From Escherichia coli (GTDB lineage Bacteria > Pseudomonadota > Gammaproteobacteria > Enterobacterales > Enterobacteriaceae), in assembly GCF_003790525.1 (NCBI RefSeq), contig NZ_CP033635.1: a DNA stretch of 64,000 nt. One strand, given 5' to 3'. The notes beneath the pieces are model-generated. The model did no database searches. It was not told where the DNA came from and saw only the letters and a list, made by a program, of their open reading frames with translations. Made by a program: the position numbers and the translations under genes. Numbering within the stretch: position 1 is the stretch's first letter; every line of letters begins with the position of its first letter. Positions 46,520 through 56,173 of this stretch are shown one piece after another.

Positions 46520-49435
46520 TTACTGAGTCAGTTTTTTTATCAGGTCGTGAATTTTATCACCTGAAAACTGGGTCATGAAAGTTATCTTTATGGATTTACT
46601 GATTTGTTCGAAGAGTTTCTGTGCATGTTTTATTTTATCGCGTTCTTCATGTCTGAGTTCACGTTTGCCATCAACATTTTTGGTTTCAATAATAAGGTTC
46701 AGATAATCACCCTTTGACGTGTTTACAACATAAGCGAAGTCAGGGGAGTAAGTGTATCCTCCCGCTACAGGAATTTTTATTGAATTTTTGGGGATCTTTG
46801 TGAAGACAATGACTGACCTGACCTCACCCTCTGTCATATTGAGTTTTTCAAGTTCTGAATCATAAAATACTTCTTCAAAAAGATAAGAGTCCAGTGGAGG
46901 GCTTGTATTATCCTGTAAAACGCCAAGATCACTTGACAATACATCAGCAAGATAACCGCCGTCTGCATTGGTGAATTTCGTGGGATGGACAGTTCCTGAT
47001 ATTACATTATACCCAAGGCTGAATTTACTGAACGAGTTATTAAGCAAATACTTGCTGAAACCAGATTTAATTTTTCTGATTGTCTGAATGTTAAGGTATT
47101 CAGTTATATTTATGATGTCTTTTATATCACAAAAAACCTTATGCATGGTGTCATGTTTGACAAAAATAGTCTGTGATAATTTATCAAGGAATTCACGATA
47201 GCTCATTGTGTTTATTTTGTGAAAATTATCCTCATCAACACTGAGAATGCTTTTCGACATTGCCGTATCATTATGGATATAAATTCTTTCAATACGAGTA
47301 TGAGCACCGGATTTGGTAAATCTGTCTGCTTCTTCCAGCATAAACGCTCTGAAAAGGGATAAAAACTCACGTTCACTTTTTATTTTATACTCAATCACGA
47401 CCTTTTGATTGATCAAGTCCCATAGTTCTTTCAGCTCACTGAACTTACCAACACGCATTTTAGTGCGTCTTTTTCCATCAGAGGCTTTTTTTATTTTGCC
47501 TGGTTTCACTCCTGCAGGAAATGCTGCCGGATATCTGGCTTTTAAGCGGCTATAGGCATCTGAATCTTTGAAGTTATCATTATCATCAATGATCTCATCA
47601 TCAAAAATTTCATTCAAGAGTGTTCTGGAGGAAAGCTCCGGATATTGAGACAGGATTTTATCCTTAAGTTCCTGAGTAAACTTACCTGGAACAGTCTCTT
47701 TGAAAGAACTATCGTTGATCTCTTTGACAAGAGAATCGACAAAATCTTTTTCTGTAAAATCAACATAATAGTTGAGGGTAAAATTGCGGTCTTTCACACG
47801 ACACATGTATTCATTCACCGGAAGACGTAAACCACGCCCTACTTCCTGAAGTTTAGATGTGGTGCTACCGCTCGAACGGAGCTTACAAATCTGAAAGACA
47901 TTTGGGTTATCCCATCCCTCACGCAACGTCCATTTAGAGAAAATGAAACGGCGAGGATTTTCTAAAGACAATAGAAGCTCTTTATCATGAAGGATTTCGT
48001 TGATTTCCTGCTCAATTTTATCATCTTTATCACTATTATCTTTTGAAAAATAACCACCATGAACAGAAGATATATCCTTAACAGTTTTTTCAAGGTAGTT
48101 TCTGTAAAACTCATCTTTTTCTGTTTTTAACAGTTCATTTGCTTCTGCCAAAACGTATTCTTCGAACTTAGTTTTCAGGCTTCCTGCAATATCATTACCA
48201 TCACGATAGCCTTCAATGTCATCAATGAAGAAAAGAGTAAGAGGTTTTATGCGTGGCCTTTGTGTCAGATACTCTTTTTCTAACTTAAAGTGTTCTTTGA
48301 CAGCTTTACGTATCATGTTATCAGCAAGTGTCTGATCGTAAGAATAGGGGTTTATCGAACTACCAATTTTTAGCTCAATACCATTACTCAACACTGCTGT
48401 ATTCTTATTTAAAGCATCAAGAGTTAAATCATGGATCGCACTATGCGTCTTAGATAGTGATTCACCTTTGGCTAACTTAAAAATTTTTTTATTATTATTT
48501 TCGTTCAGTTCAAATGTAGCTTCTTTTCCGTCAGATTTGACCAACTTGAGGTTGGCATTACCATCACCAACTATATCCTCAATGTATGCATCAATACCTT
48601 TAACAAGATCTTCATTGAAGGCATCTACGGCTGTAAGACGATAAACTAAGTTCTTATAGCCTTCACTAAAGGTTGCACCATAGCGGATGATATATTGGGC
48701 ATTAAATTTTTGAATATGTTCCCATGTCTTTTTACCAGTAGGAAATTTATGAGGCTCATCAATGATAATGAATGGTTTTATCGCACTAAGTGCAGAAAAT
48801 GGGGTATCAAACTGATTATTAAGCAAGCCAACATCATAAGTGTCAGTTAAAGACTTAGAGTTAATCATCCCTGAATTGATCACAAGAATGTGTATATATT
48901 TCTTATTGAAATTACTTGCTTCAACAAAATCATGGATAGCTTGAGGCATATACGATTTTGTATTTTTACCCGAACGTTTCTGACTTTCAACAACGTAAGT
49001 CTTTAGTTCACGCTCGTAATCATCTCGAAAGTGTTCTTTTATAGCATCGCTTTTTAAAAAGTTAACGGTTCCGGCTTTGATCGATAGGGTAGGAACAATG
49101 ATGATAAACTTGTTAATACCAAATGATTTGTTCAGGTCAAAAATTGTTTTGGTGTAAGTATAAGTTTTACCTGTACCTGTCTCCATAGAAACATCAATTA
49201 CGTTGCTTTTAGCATCGTAATTATCTTTTGAGTGCTCAATACCATTGAACTCCTGAACATTTTTTATGTTGTTGTAGTATTGTTGTTCAGATAGATTCAG
49301 TTCTGGATTAGCTAACAGGCGAATTGCAACATGATCCGTCTGATGAGGTATGGCGGATACAAAGACATTCATTACCGAATCAACGCCAGCCTTTTGATGA
49401 GGTAAATTTTTTTCGAATGTGAACCCTTTAGACAT
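46520..49435 (-). CDS. res: Type III restriction endonuclease subunit Res
   Basis: SF2 helicase motifs METGTGKTYT and IIIDEPHKF; C-terminal PD..(E)xK-like YSPDFAYVV...IIETK; directly downstream of mod; AT-rich. Confidence 0.85.
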   Translation of the reverse strand: MSKGFTFEKNLPHQKAGVDSVMNVFVSAIPHQTDHVAIRLLANPELNLSEQQYYNNIKNVQEFNGIEHSKDNYDAKSNVIDVSMETGTGKTYTYTKTIFDLNKSFGINKFIIIVPTLSIKAGTVNFLKSDAIKEHFRDDYERELKTYVVESQKRSGKNTKSYMPQAIHDFVEASNFNKKYIHILVINSGMINSKSLTDTYDVGLLNNQFDTPFSALSAIKPFIIIDEPHKFPTGKKTWEHIQKFNAQYIIRYGATFSEGYKNLVYRLTAVDAFNEDLVKGIDAYIEDIVGDGNANLKLVKSDGKEATFELNENNNKKIFKLAKGESLSKTHSAIHDLTLDALNKNTAVLSNGIELKIGSSINPYSYDQTLADNMIRKAVKEHFKLEKEYLTQRPRIKPLTLFFIDDIEGYRDGNDIAGSLKTKFEEYVLAEANELLKTEKDEFYRNYLEKTVKDISSVHGGYFSKDNSDKDDKIEQEINEILHDKELLLSLENPRRFIFSKWTLREGWDNPNVFQICKLRSSGSTTSKLQEVGRGLRLPVNEYMCRVKDRNFTLNYYVDFTEKDFVDSLVKEINDSSFKETVPGKFTQELKDKILSQYPELSSRTLLNEIFDDEIIDDNDNFKDSDAYSRLKARYPAAFPAGVKPGKIKKASDGKRRTKMRVGKFSELKELWDLINQKVVIEYKIKSEREFLSLFRAFMLEEADRFTKSGAHTRIERIYIHNDTAMSKSILSVDEDNFHKINTMSYREFLDKLSQTIFVKHDTMHKVFCDIKDIINITEYLNIQTIRKIKSGFSKYLLNNSFSKFSLGYNVISGTVHPTKFTNADGGYLADVLSSDLGVLQDNTSPPLDSYLFEEVFYDSELEKLNMTEGEVRSVIVFTKIPKNSIKIPVAGGYTYSPDFAYVVNTSKGDYLNLIIETKNVDGKRELRHEERDKIKHAQKLFEQISKSIKITFMTQFSGDKIHDLIKKLTQ

Positions 49436-49437
49436 GA

Positions 49438-51474
49438 TTAGTTCCTTACCACCAAATCTAAATCAATAGATTTTTTATTAGCATAACTTTTTAGTGCTTC
49501 ATTGAGTTCCATCTGTTTCGCACTTTCGAAGTTGCTGCCATAAAATACAACTTTGTTAGGGGCAAAGTCTTTGTCTGCATCCAGCTTTTGAAGTAAAGCT
49601 TTCAAAGCCTCACTTGTGAAATTAGGCGCAATTAGATATAGCCGACCATCGCACAAGTGTGCTTTGTAGCCATTAAGGTCAATATCTTCAATTGGTGTTG
49701 TTAGCAAGCTGCCATCATACACGCACCATGTCGTCAATAGAGTGTCATACTGCTCTGGTGTCAATACAGCATCGTCAAAGAAACTAAGATTAGAAAGCGT
49801 AAGTTCAGACTCATCTTTCACTCGAAAATTATGAACTGTTTCAAATATTTTAAATCCCAAATCTCCATTATAATTAGGATTATCTTTTTTCAGCTTTTTT
49901 CCTGCCTTAATAATTCTGTCTTTTGTTATATTGAAGATGGATTTATACCCTTCTTTATAGGCTTGTTTCTTTTTATCTGTTTCTTCATCTAATTGAACAC
50001 AGATGAAGTTTCTTTTCCTGCCGTCTTCAATATTTAACTCCAGAATACCATGAGCTGTAGTTCCAGAGCCAGCAAAAAAGTCAAGATAAATGTCTTTATC
50101 TTCGGCTTTTACTGAACCAAATAGTGTTTTTATTAAACTTGTTGGCTTCGGGTAGGAGAAATATCCTTTCCCACCAAAAAGATTTTCAACCTCAACACCA
50201 CCATCACTTTTAGTTGAAATAATTGATCTTAGTAAAAACTCTTCAACTTCATCTAAAAATTTAACCGAACTGGGTTGGGTGTTTTCTGTACTGGCAAACC
50301 AAATTCCACCACAAATAACGCTACCATCATGTAGTTTTTTGATATCTGCATACTTTCCATCTATTCTTTTTGCAATATGATTAAAAGTGCCTTCTTTCCA
50401 ACGCCAGCCTCTGTCTGGGATTTTGACAGGGTTATTAGTCAAAGGGTGCAATACTTCATACGTGGGTCCAAATGAATCTGCATTAGGCCAGCTCATATTA
50501 ATTTTACCCCATGGCCTATAATCTTCGTTCAAACAGTTGTAAAGAGTAATTCCACGATCATATCCGTTGGAGCTGTAGAATTTTTTGAGTTGCTGCTCTG
50601 CTTTATCTAATGGCACCTTCTCCTTTTTTAACTTTTCAATAAACTGATATACATCATCAATACCATCTTTCCGCATTAAAAATTCTTTACTTATTTCGTT
50701 ATTCTTCGCATAAGCAAGGATGTACTCATGGATATTACCAATACCCTTATCATTTTTAGGGATACGTTTATTCCATACAATATTTTCTATGAAATTTGCT
50801 TCGCCAAAAATTTCATCACAAATAGTTTTAAGTTGATTTAATTCATTTTCGTCAATCGAAATAAATATCACACCATCTTCACGTAGAAGCTCACGAGCAA
50901 TATATAAACGAGGATAAATGAACGTTAACCATGCGCTATGGCTGCTTGAACCATTCGTGGTAAATTCAAGTATACGTTTAGCCTCATCAAGATCGATACC
51001 TGCCAGATCAGAAAGCTGTTCAGGTGTAAACTTGCGATCATCGTTATAGGCGAATCCATCCTTACCTGTATTGTATGGTGGATCAATGTAAATCATCTTC
51101 ACCTTTTCAGAGTAAGCATTAACCATATGCTTCAATACTTCGAGGTTATCCCCTTTGATTAACAGATTCTGACTGTTTTTGTTCTCTTCACGTTGGTTAT
51201 GGTCTTTATCTTCGGAGAGTAATGTCTTCGGCGGCAAGTTAGCTAACAGACGGGCATAGGATTTACCAAGCCAGTTCAGGCTGTATGATTCTTTGGAGAG
51301 TTCAACATCCGATGATTTGACGATTTCAAGCAATTTTTCCTGAATGAACGCTCCATTTTTATCAAAACACTGTGGAAAGTTAGCCTTTAAAATCGCAAGC
51401 TGTTTACTGTTTGTGGTTTCAGTTTCAGAGAAAAGAGTTTCTTTTTTCAGTTGAAATTGGGGTTGTGTATTCAT
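49438..51474 (-). CDS. mod: Type III R-M N6-adenine methyltransferase Mod
   Basis: DPPY motif (IYIDPPYNTG) before FxGxG motif (LDFFAGSGTTAHG); N-terminus resembles EcoP15I-type Mod; GGAGGT RBS. Confidence 0.88.
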   Translation of the reverse strand: MNTQPQFQLKKETLFSETETTNSKQLAILKANFPQCFDKNGAFIQEKLLEIVKSSDVELSKESYSLNWLGKSYARLLANLPPKTLLSEDKDHNQREENKNSQNLLIKGDNLEVLKHMVNAYSEKVKMIYIDPPYNTGKDGFAYNDDRKFTPEQLSDLAGIDLDEAKRILEFTTNGSSSHSAWLTFIYPRLYIARELLREDGVIFISIDENELNQLKTICDEIFGEANFIENIVWNKRIPKNDKGIGNIHEYILAYAKNNEISKEFLMRKDGIDDVYQFIEKLKKEKVPLDKAEQQLKKFYSSNGYDRGITLYNCLNEDYRPWGKINMSWPNADSFGPTYEVLHPLTNNPVKIPDRGWRWKEGTFNHIAKRIDGKYADIKKLHDGSVICGGIWFASTENTQPSSVKFLDEVEEFLLRSIISTKSDGGVEVENLFGGKGYFSYPKPTSLIKTLFGSVKAEDKDIYLDFFAGSGTTAHGILELNIEDGRKRNFICVQLDEETDKKKQAYKEGYKSIFNITKDRIIKAGKKLKKDNPNYNGDLGFKIFETVHNFRVKDESELTLSNLSFFDDAVLTPEQYDTLLTTWCVYDGSLLTTPIEDIDLNGYKAHLCDGRLYLIAPNFTSEALKALLQKLDADKDFAPNKVVFYGSNFESAKQMELNEALKSYANKKSIDLDLVVRN

Positions 51475-51531
51475 AACGCACCTCCAGAATGCACGGAGGT
51501 ACTTGACGCGGAATTTTTATACAGGCATATT

Positions 51532-51659
51532 GTTGCGTTGCGTTGCGTTGCGTTGCGTTGCGTTGCGTTGCGTTGCGTTGCGTTGCGTTGCGTTGCGTTG
51601 CGTTGCGTTGCGTTGCGTTGCGTTGCGTTGCGTTGCGTTGCGTTGCGTTGCGTTGCGTT
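51532..51659. repeat. pentanucleotide simple-sequence repeat (GCGTT)n, ~25 copies, 58-185 nt upstream of mod start
   Basis: Read directly: uninterrupted gttgc/gcgtt tract from about 51532 to 51659. Confidence 0.95.
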
Positions 51660-51740
51660 TCATTAAATAGCCTCGAGTTTCGTTTTACAGGTTTTTATTC
51701 TAACCTGAATTGTTGATTTTCTGAATAAGTCTGACGTCAG

Positions 51741-51900
51741 TTGTTACGGGAAGGTATCAGAGTGGCTAGATGCACTGTGGCACGTCTCATGGCGGTTATG
51801 GGGCTTGCCGGCGTTCTCCGGGGGGTAAAGCTCCGTGCTACTGTCACCTGGAACGCCGTTGCCGCAGGCGACCGCGTAAACCGTCTGTACCGCCCGGGCC
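51741..51900 (+). pseudogene. IS3-family transposase fragment
   Basis: Translation REGIRVARCTVARLMAVMGL resembles IS3-family OrfB N-terminal region; no integrase core follows. Confidence 0.35.
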
Positions 51901-51940
51901 CAATATTAAGAACTAACGTCATACCAGGGACGTTGTCTGA

Positions 51941-52954
51941 ATGGATGAGAAGCTAAAACATGCGGATTTATCGTCTTTGCCAGAGCAGGTGAGGGTTGCC
52001 GCTAGGGAGCTTGTTGACCTGAAGTTTCGTATCGATATGGCAGCAAGAGGCGGTACGTCAGGGATACCACTTGACCTGCATGGGAGGATGACAGGAGGAG
52101 AATGGGGGCCGCATTGCGGGCTGGAATTTTTCTGCAGCATCATTCCTTTTTTCCCGCGAGATTTTGAAACCTGTTCAGTAACTGAAATGTTGGTTCCTAC
52201 CTTACATACCTTCGGCTGCAACTGGCGTTGGTGGCCCGATCGTTATTGTAGCGACAAAGATGAACACTATATACGGCGTCACATTTTTTCTGATTACGGG
52301 CTGAAAAGTACGAGCTATACCTTCATTCCTCAGTTGGGATTGTTCTGCCCGAGTGAAGGTAAAAATCGTGTTAACTTCTGCCGCCATCACGGTATCGAAT
52401 ATATCCCCGCACAGGTTTATTCCCATGATTACCCAGAAGCAAATCGAATCTCTGTGTACGTTCAGGATACTGCCGGAGGGCTGGATGTGTGGGCCGTTCT
52501 TGATAATCGCTATGTTCAGAAGGTTACTCACTATGCCTTTGCGCTCCCACTTTTGTGCGCTTATGGGGTAGAGTTCCCAGGTAAGTGGCCAGCAGGATGG
52601 CCATCGATATCGGACCTCCTGGCTAATCAACTGTGTTGCACTGATGACACAACCTTTCATAAACCCGTGATCGATATGCAAGCTGTCAGGGATACGCTGG
52701 ATCGTGATGAGAACAGCAGAGAGGATGGGGAGATGTATGTCAAAACCAATGTGGTTGAGCTGCCGCTGGCCGGGCTGGTTCGCTTCATTCTGATCGCAAT
52801 GTTACTGAGTTTAGGTGCGTTGTTCATCCACGAGGTACTGGATGAGGGAAGCCTGTCCAGGATTGCACTGGGAATAAGCACTTTCACGGCTGGCGTGGTT
52901 GCTTCGTTTTTTATCCCAGCGTTCCGTATCAAGAAAAAATATCTTCGCAAATAG
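51941..52954 (+). CDS. hypothetical protein with two C-terminal TM helices
   Basis: 337-aa ORF, Cys/Trp/His-rich soluble domain, hydrophobic helices near residues 280-330. Confidence 0.4.
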   Translation: MDEKLKHADLSSLPEQVRVAARELVDLKFRIDMAARGGTSGIPLDLHGRMTGGEWGPHCGLEFFCSIIPFFPRDFETCSVTEMLVPTLHTFGCNWRWWPDRYCSDKDEHYIRRHIFSDYGLKSTSYTFIPQLGLFCPSEGKNRVNFCRHHGIEYIPAQVYSHDYPEANRISVYVQDTAGGLDVWAVLDNRYVQKVTHYAFALPLLCAYGVEFPGKWPAGWPSISDLLANQLCCTDDTTFHKPVIDMQAVRDTLDRDENSREDGEMYVKTNVVELPLAGLVRFILIAMLLSLGALFIHEVLDEGSLSRIALGISTFTAGVVASFFIPAFRIKKKYLRK

Positions 52955-52974
52955 TTGTGGCATTTCTTGAACAC

Positions 52975-53224
52975 TTTTTCGAGACAGGTTCAACCGCAGG
53001 CATTCAGGCCAAACATGCGGTTAAACTACGTATTCAATTAACTGCCCTAAATATGGCTAAGCGCCCGGACGATATGTCTGTCTGCACCTAGGTGGAAATT
53101 ACACCCTCTAAAGGGAGCTGATCTTAGAGGTCATTGGGAAATATCAGTAAACTCTAACTGGCGAATTACCTTTCGATTTGAAGGCGAAGACGCAATTCTG
53201 GTTGACTATCAGGATTATCATTGA
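52975..53224 (+). pseudogene. higB: higB-like (RelE/ParE superfamily) toxin remnant, frameshifted
   Basis: C-terminal frame reads KLHPLKGADLRGHWEISVNSNWRITFRFEGEDAILVDYQDYH*; N-terminal part in another frame, no intact start. Confidence 0.5.
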
Positions 53225-53232
53225 GGGATAAC

Positions 53233-53975
53233 TGAACCGCCCCGGGAATCCTGGAGACTAAACTCCCTGATAAAGAGGTAAACAGAATGGCTAAAAATAC
53301 TCGTTTTTCCCCCGAAGTCCGTCAGAGGGCGATTCGTATGGTTCTGGAAAGTCAGGGCGAATATGACTCACAGTGGGCGGCAATTTGTTCCATTGCCCCA
53401 AAGATTGGCTGTACACCGGAGACTCTGCGTGTCTGGGTACGCCAGCATGAGCGGGATACCGGAGGCGGTGATGGCGGGCTCACCACCGCTGAACGTCAGC
53501 GTCTGAAAGAGCTGGAACGTGAAAATCGTGAACTGCGCCGCATCGTCTATGGAAACGACATTCGTGCTGGATGCTCTGGAGCAGGCGTTATGGGCCCGTC
53601 GACCGTCCGGCACAGTCCATCACAGTGATAAAGGTTCTCAGTATGTATCGCTGGCCTACACAGCGGCTTAAGGAAGCCGGATTACTGGCATCAACAGGAA
53701 GTACTGGTGACTCGTATGACAACGCGATGGCGGAGAGCATCAATGGCCTTTACAAAGCGGAGGTAATACACCGTAAGAGCTGGAAAAACCGGACAGAAGT
53801 GGAGCTGGCCACACTCACGTGGGTGGACTGGTCTAACAATCGACGATTGCTGGAAAGGCTGGGCCATATCCCACCGGCAGAAGCAGAAAAAGCTTATTAT
53901 GCTTCCATCGGAAACGATGATCTGGCAGCCTGAGTTCACAGATAAAACACTCTCCAGGAAACCCGGGGCGGTTCA
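53233..53975 (+). mobile_element. IS629/IS1203-like (IS3 family) element remnant with internal deletion
   Basis: Left IR TGAACCGCCCCGGGAATCCTGGAGACTAAACTCCCTGA at 53233; orfA 5' part joined to orfB 3' part; imperfect right IR ending 53975; flanked by AAC direct repeats. Confidence 0.7.
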
Positions 53976-53979
53976 AACT

Positions 53980-54188
53980 ATGAGTCGTATTCATAATCCC
54001 GCCACTCAGGCGCGGTTCTTCGTGAAGATCTGGGAGATATGTCAGTCACAGACGCTGCCACCGCATTGGGCATTACTCGCACGGCGCTTTCCCGGATTCT
54101 GAACGAAAAAGCGGGTATTTCTGCGGATATGGCGCTCCGTCTGGAATCAGCACTCGGAACCAGCGCCGAAATGTGGACAGGTATGTAA
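53980..54188 (+). pseudogene. higA: higA-like HTH antitoxin remnant
   Basis: ATG 53980 (MSRIHNP) then frame change into ...AVLREDLGDMSVTDAATALGITRTALSRILNEKAGISADMALRLESALGTSAEMW. Confidence 0.4.
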
Positions 54189-54379
54189 TCACAGTATGAG
54201 CTTTGGGTTGCTTCGCAAACTGCTCGCCCAAACATTCGCCCATTATTTCACCATGCCTGACATGCATTCCCCAACATTGGACGGGGAGCCGTCATGGAGG
54301 GGGCTACGCAGGAACCGCCGAAAGCACGCTGTTTTATATTTGTTTTATTGAATATAAGAGGAGGCCATAAAACGGCCCC

Positions 54380-54720
54380 CTTGTTTTTATCAGAAAGAGT
54401 AACGGAAGCTGGCGTTCACCGCGTTATCCACGTTGTACTTACCAAATGCCGATTTCTCAAACTCCAGACCAAAGCGGAGATTATCGCGAATTTCTGCATT
54501 CAGACCAACATTCATGAGCATACGTCCGTCTTTCTCGCCTTTGATGCGTTTTTCACCAGAGGCATCGCGCGGAACGGTTTCACTGTTTGCCAGAATGTCA
54601 AACTGGTAACCGAGGCCGGCACGGGCAGTGACTTTCCAGTCCTTACCAGAGAAGGTTTTACCGACATCGATACCGGTACGGCCAATCAGCGGGTTGAAGT
54701 CCTTTCTGGTGTGAGAACCT
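54380..54720 (-). pseudogene. flu: antigen 43 (autotransporter) C-terminal beta-barrel fragment
   Basis: Reverse translation ...KDFNPLIGRTGIDVGKTFSGKDWKVTARAGLGYQFDILANS...NAVNASFRYSF*; in-frame stop at upstream junction 54721. Confidence 0.6.
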
Positions 54721-54869
54721 TAAGGAAATCGTCCGCAGCCCCATTACCGTCTTATATCACTGGCGCTGACATGTATTATCCGGGGAGTTAAGTCTGTCGA
54801 TGTCCGACAGACTTTTGATAATGGAAACAACATGCAGCGATAATGTGCATGCTGTTTTGCAGGTGGAAC

Positions 54870-56072
54870 TCAGAAGGTGAACTGCAACTGTGCGACCGCA
54901 CCGTAAGTGTTGTCCGTGCCGATCAGGCCTGCCACATCAAGGTGAACCACATCAAACGGTGAGATACCAACCCCGGCCGTGAATGCACTGCCGTTGTTGC
55001 TGGCCAGATTCTGGCGGTAACCGGTACGTAACTGTGCCCATTTCCAGGCATTAAACTCAGCACCAACGGCGGCAAACTGACGTTTGCTGTCTGATGTGAA
55101 GCCGCTGGCCGGGGTCAGATCCACATCCAGTGCCGTGGTGAACATGTCGTTGTGCCATGATACGCCGGTCGTTACCTGCGGACGGATCCTGAAGGTTTCA
55201 GTGACACCATGTACCTCTTTGGTCTCAATGCTGCGTGGGATCAGGTTTTGTGCGACCAGACCCAGCGTCCAGTTGTCATCCAGGTCCATGCTGGCACCGA
55301 TATCAGCGTTAATACCGTTTTGGGTGTTGTGGTAACGGTTACCTTTGAATGCGCTGCTGTCATAGTTTTTGATCAGCGTATTGTAGTTAAACAGGTCAAC
55401 ACGCTGGAATTTTGGTGTGAAGCCCAGTGACCATTTTTGTCCGGCCGTTTCCAGTTCAGTGGCCAGCGCAACGCCCACATCGGTGATCAGTGCGGCACGG
55501 GCAAAAGCCTGTGAGGTCAGTCTGTTTTTATCCACATCCTGGCTGCCACTGTCTGCAATGCTTTCCAGATAGTTCAGGTCGGCATCGCTGACTTTACCGT
55601 CGACGCTGACAGTCCCGAACGTTTTCAGCATCAGTGCAGCAGCGAGGGTATCACCGGGAAGGGCCGCCACAGCAGATACCCCGGCCTGTGCGCTGGCATG
55701 GGTGTTCCGGAAGTCCTGCAGTCTCTCTTTCAGGCGGGCCGCTGTCTGCGGTACCCCGGAGTGGCTGTCGACGGCACGGTCGAAGGCTTTCCAGTCATCG
55801 CTGATTTTGTCGGCGTTGTCGGCGATATTACCCGGATCGGACAGCTGCGCACCCACGGACGGAAGCAGAAGACTGAAGTCATCTTTTGCACCGGATTTTG
55901 TCAGCAGTGCCGGGTTTGCCAGTGGGGCCACACCATAGTGAGAGGAGGCAACCCCCGTTCCTCCCATCGCATCATTGCGGGCTTCAAAATATGACGTTGC
56001 TGCAGTCGAATTAAAGGAAAATAAAACGGCAGACGCGATGAGAGTACGGGTAATATGCTTTTTCATCATCAT
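54870..56072 (-). CDS. outer-membrane beta-barrel protein (TraF_2/FadL-like, putative)
   Basis: Signal peptide; C-terminal aromatic end QLQFTF. Confidence 0.45.
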   Translation of the reverse strand: MMMKKHITRTLIASAVLFSFNSTAATSYFEARNDAMGGTGVASSHYGVAPLANPALLTKSGAKDDFSLLLPSVGAQLSDPGNIADNADKISDDWKAFDRAVDSHSGVPQTAARLKERLQDFRNTHASAQAGVSAVAALPGDTLAAALMLKTFGTVSVDGKVSDADLNYLESIADSGSQDVDKNRLTSQAFARAALITDVGVALATELETAGQKWSLGFTPKFQRVDLFNYNTLIKNYDSSAFKGNRYHNTQNGINADIGASMDLDDNWTLGLVAQNLIPRSIETKEVHGVTETFRIRPQVTTGVSWHNDMFTTALDVDLTPASGFTSDSKRQFAAVGAEFNAWKWAQLRTGYRQNLASNNGSAFTAGVGISPFDVVHLDVAGLIGTDNTYGAVAQLQFTF

Positions 56073-56173
56073 TTCAGTTTCCTGTATTGAGGTATTTTGG
56101 GTATAACAACAGAGGGCACGGCTGTGCCATTAAAAATAGTTGGTGTATTATTCCGGTTTGTTGCTCAGTATTA

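Noticed and set aside
51451-51666. 71-aa ORF with (VALRC)n repeats
   Set aside because: Translation artefact of the (GCGTT)n pentanucleotide tract.
53287-53933. Intact IS3-family transposase (orfA/orfB)
   Set aside because: orfA 5' part runs into the orfB 3' part with the central region missing, and the element is about 0.74 kb rather than the ~1.3 kb I would expect for IS629; called a remnant.
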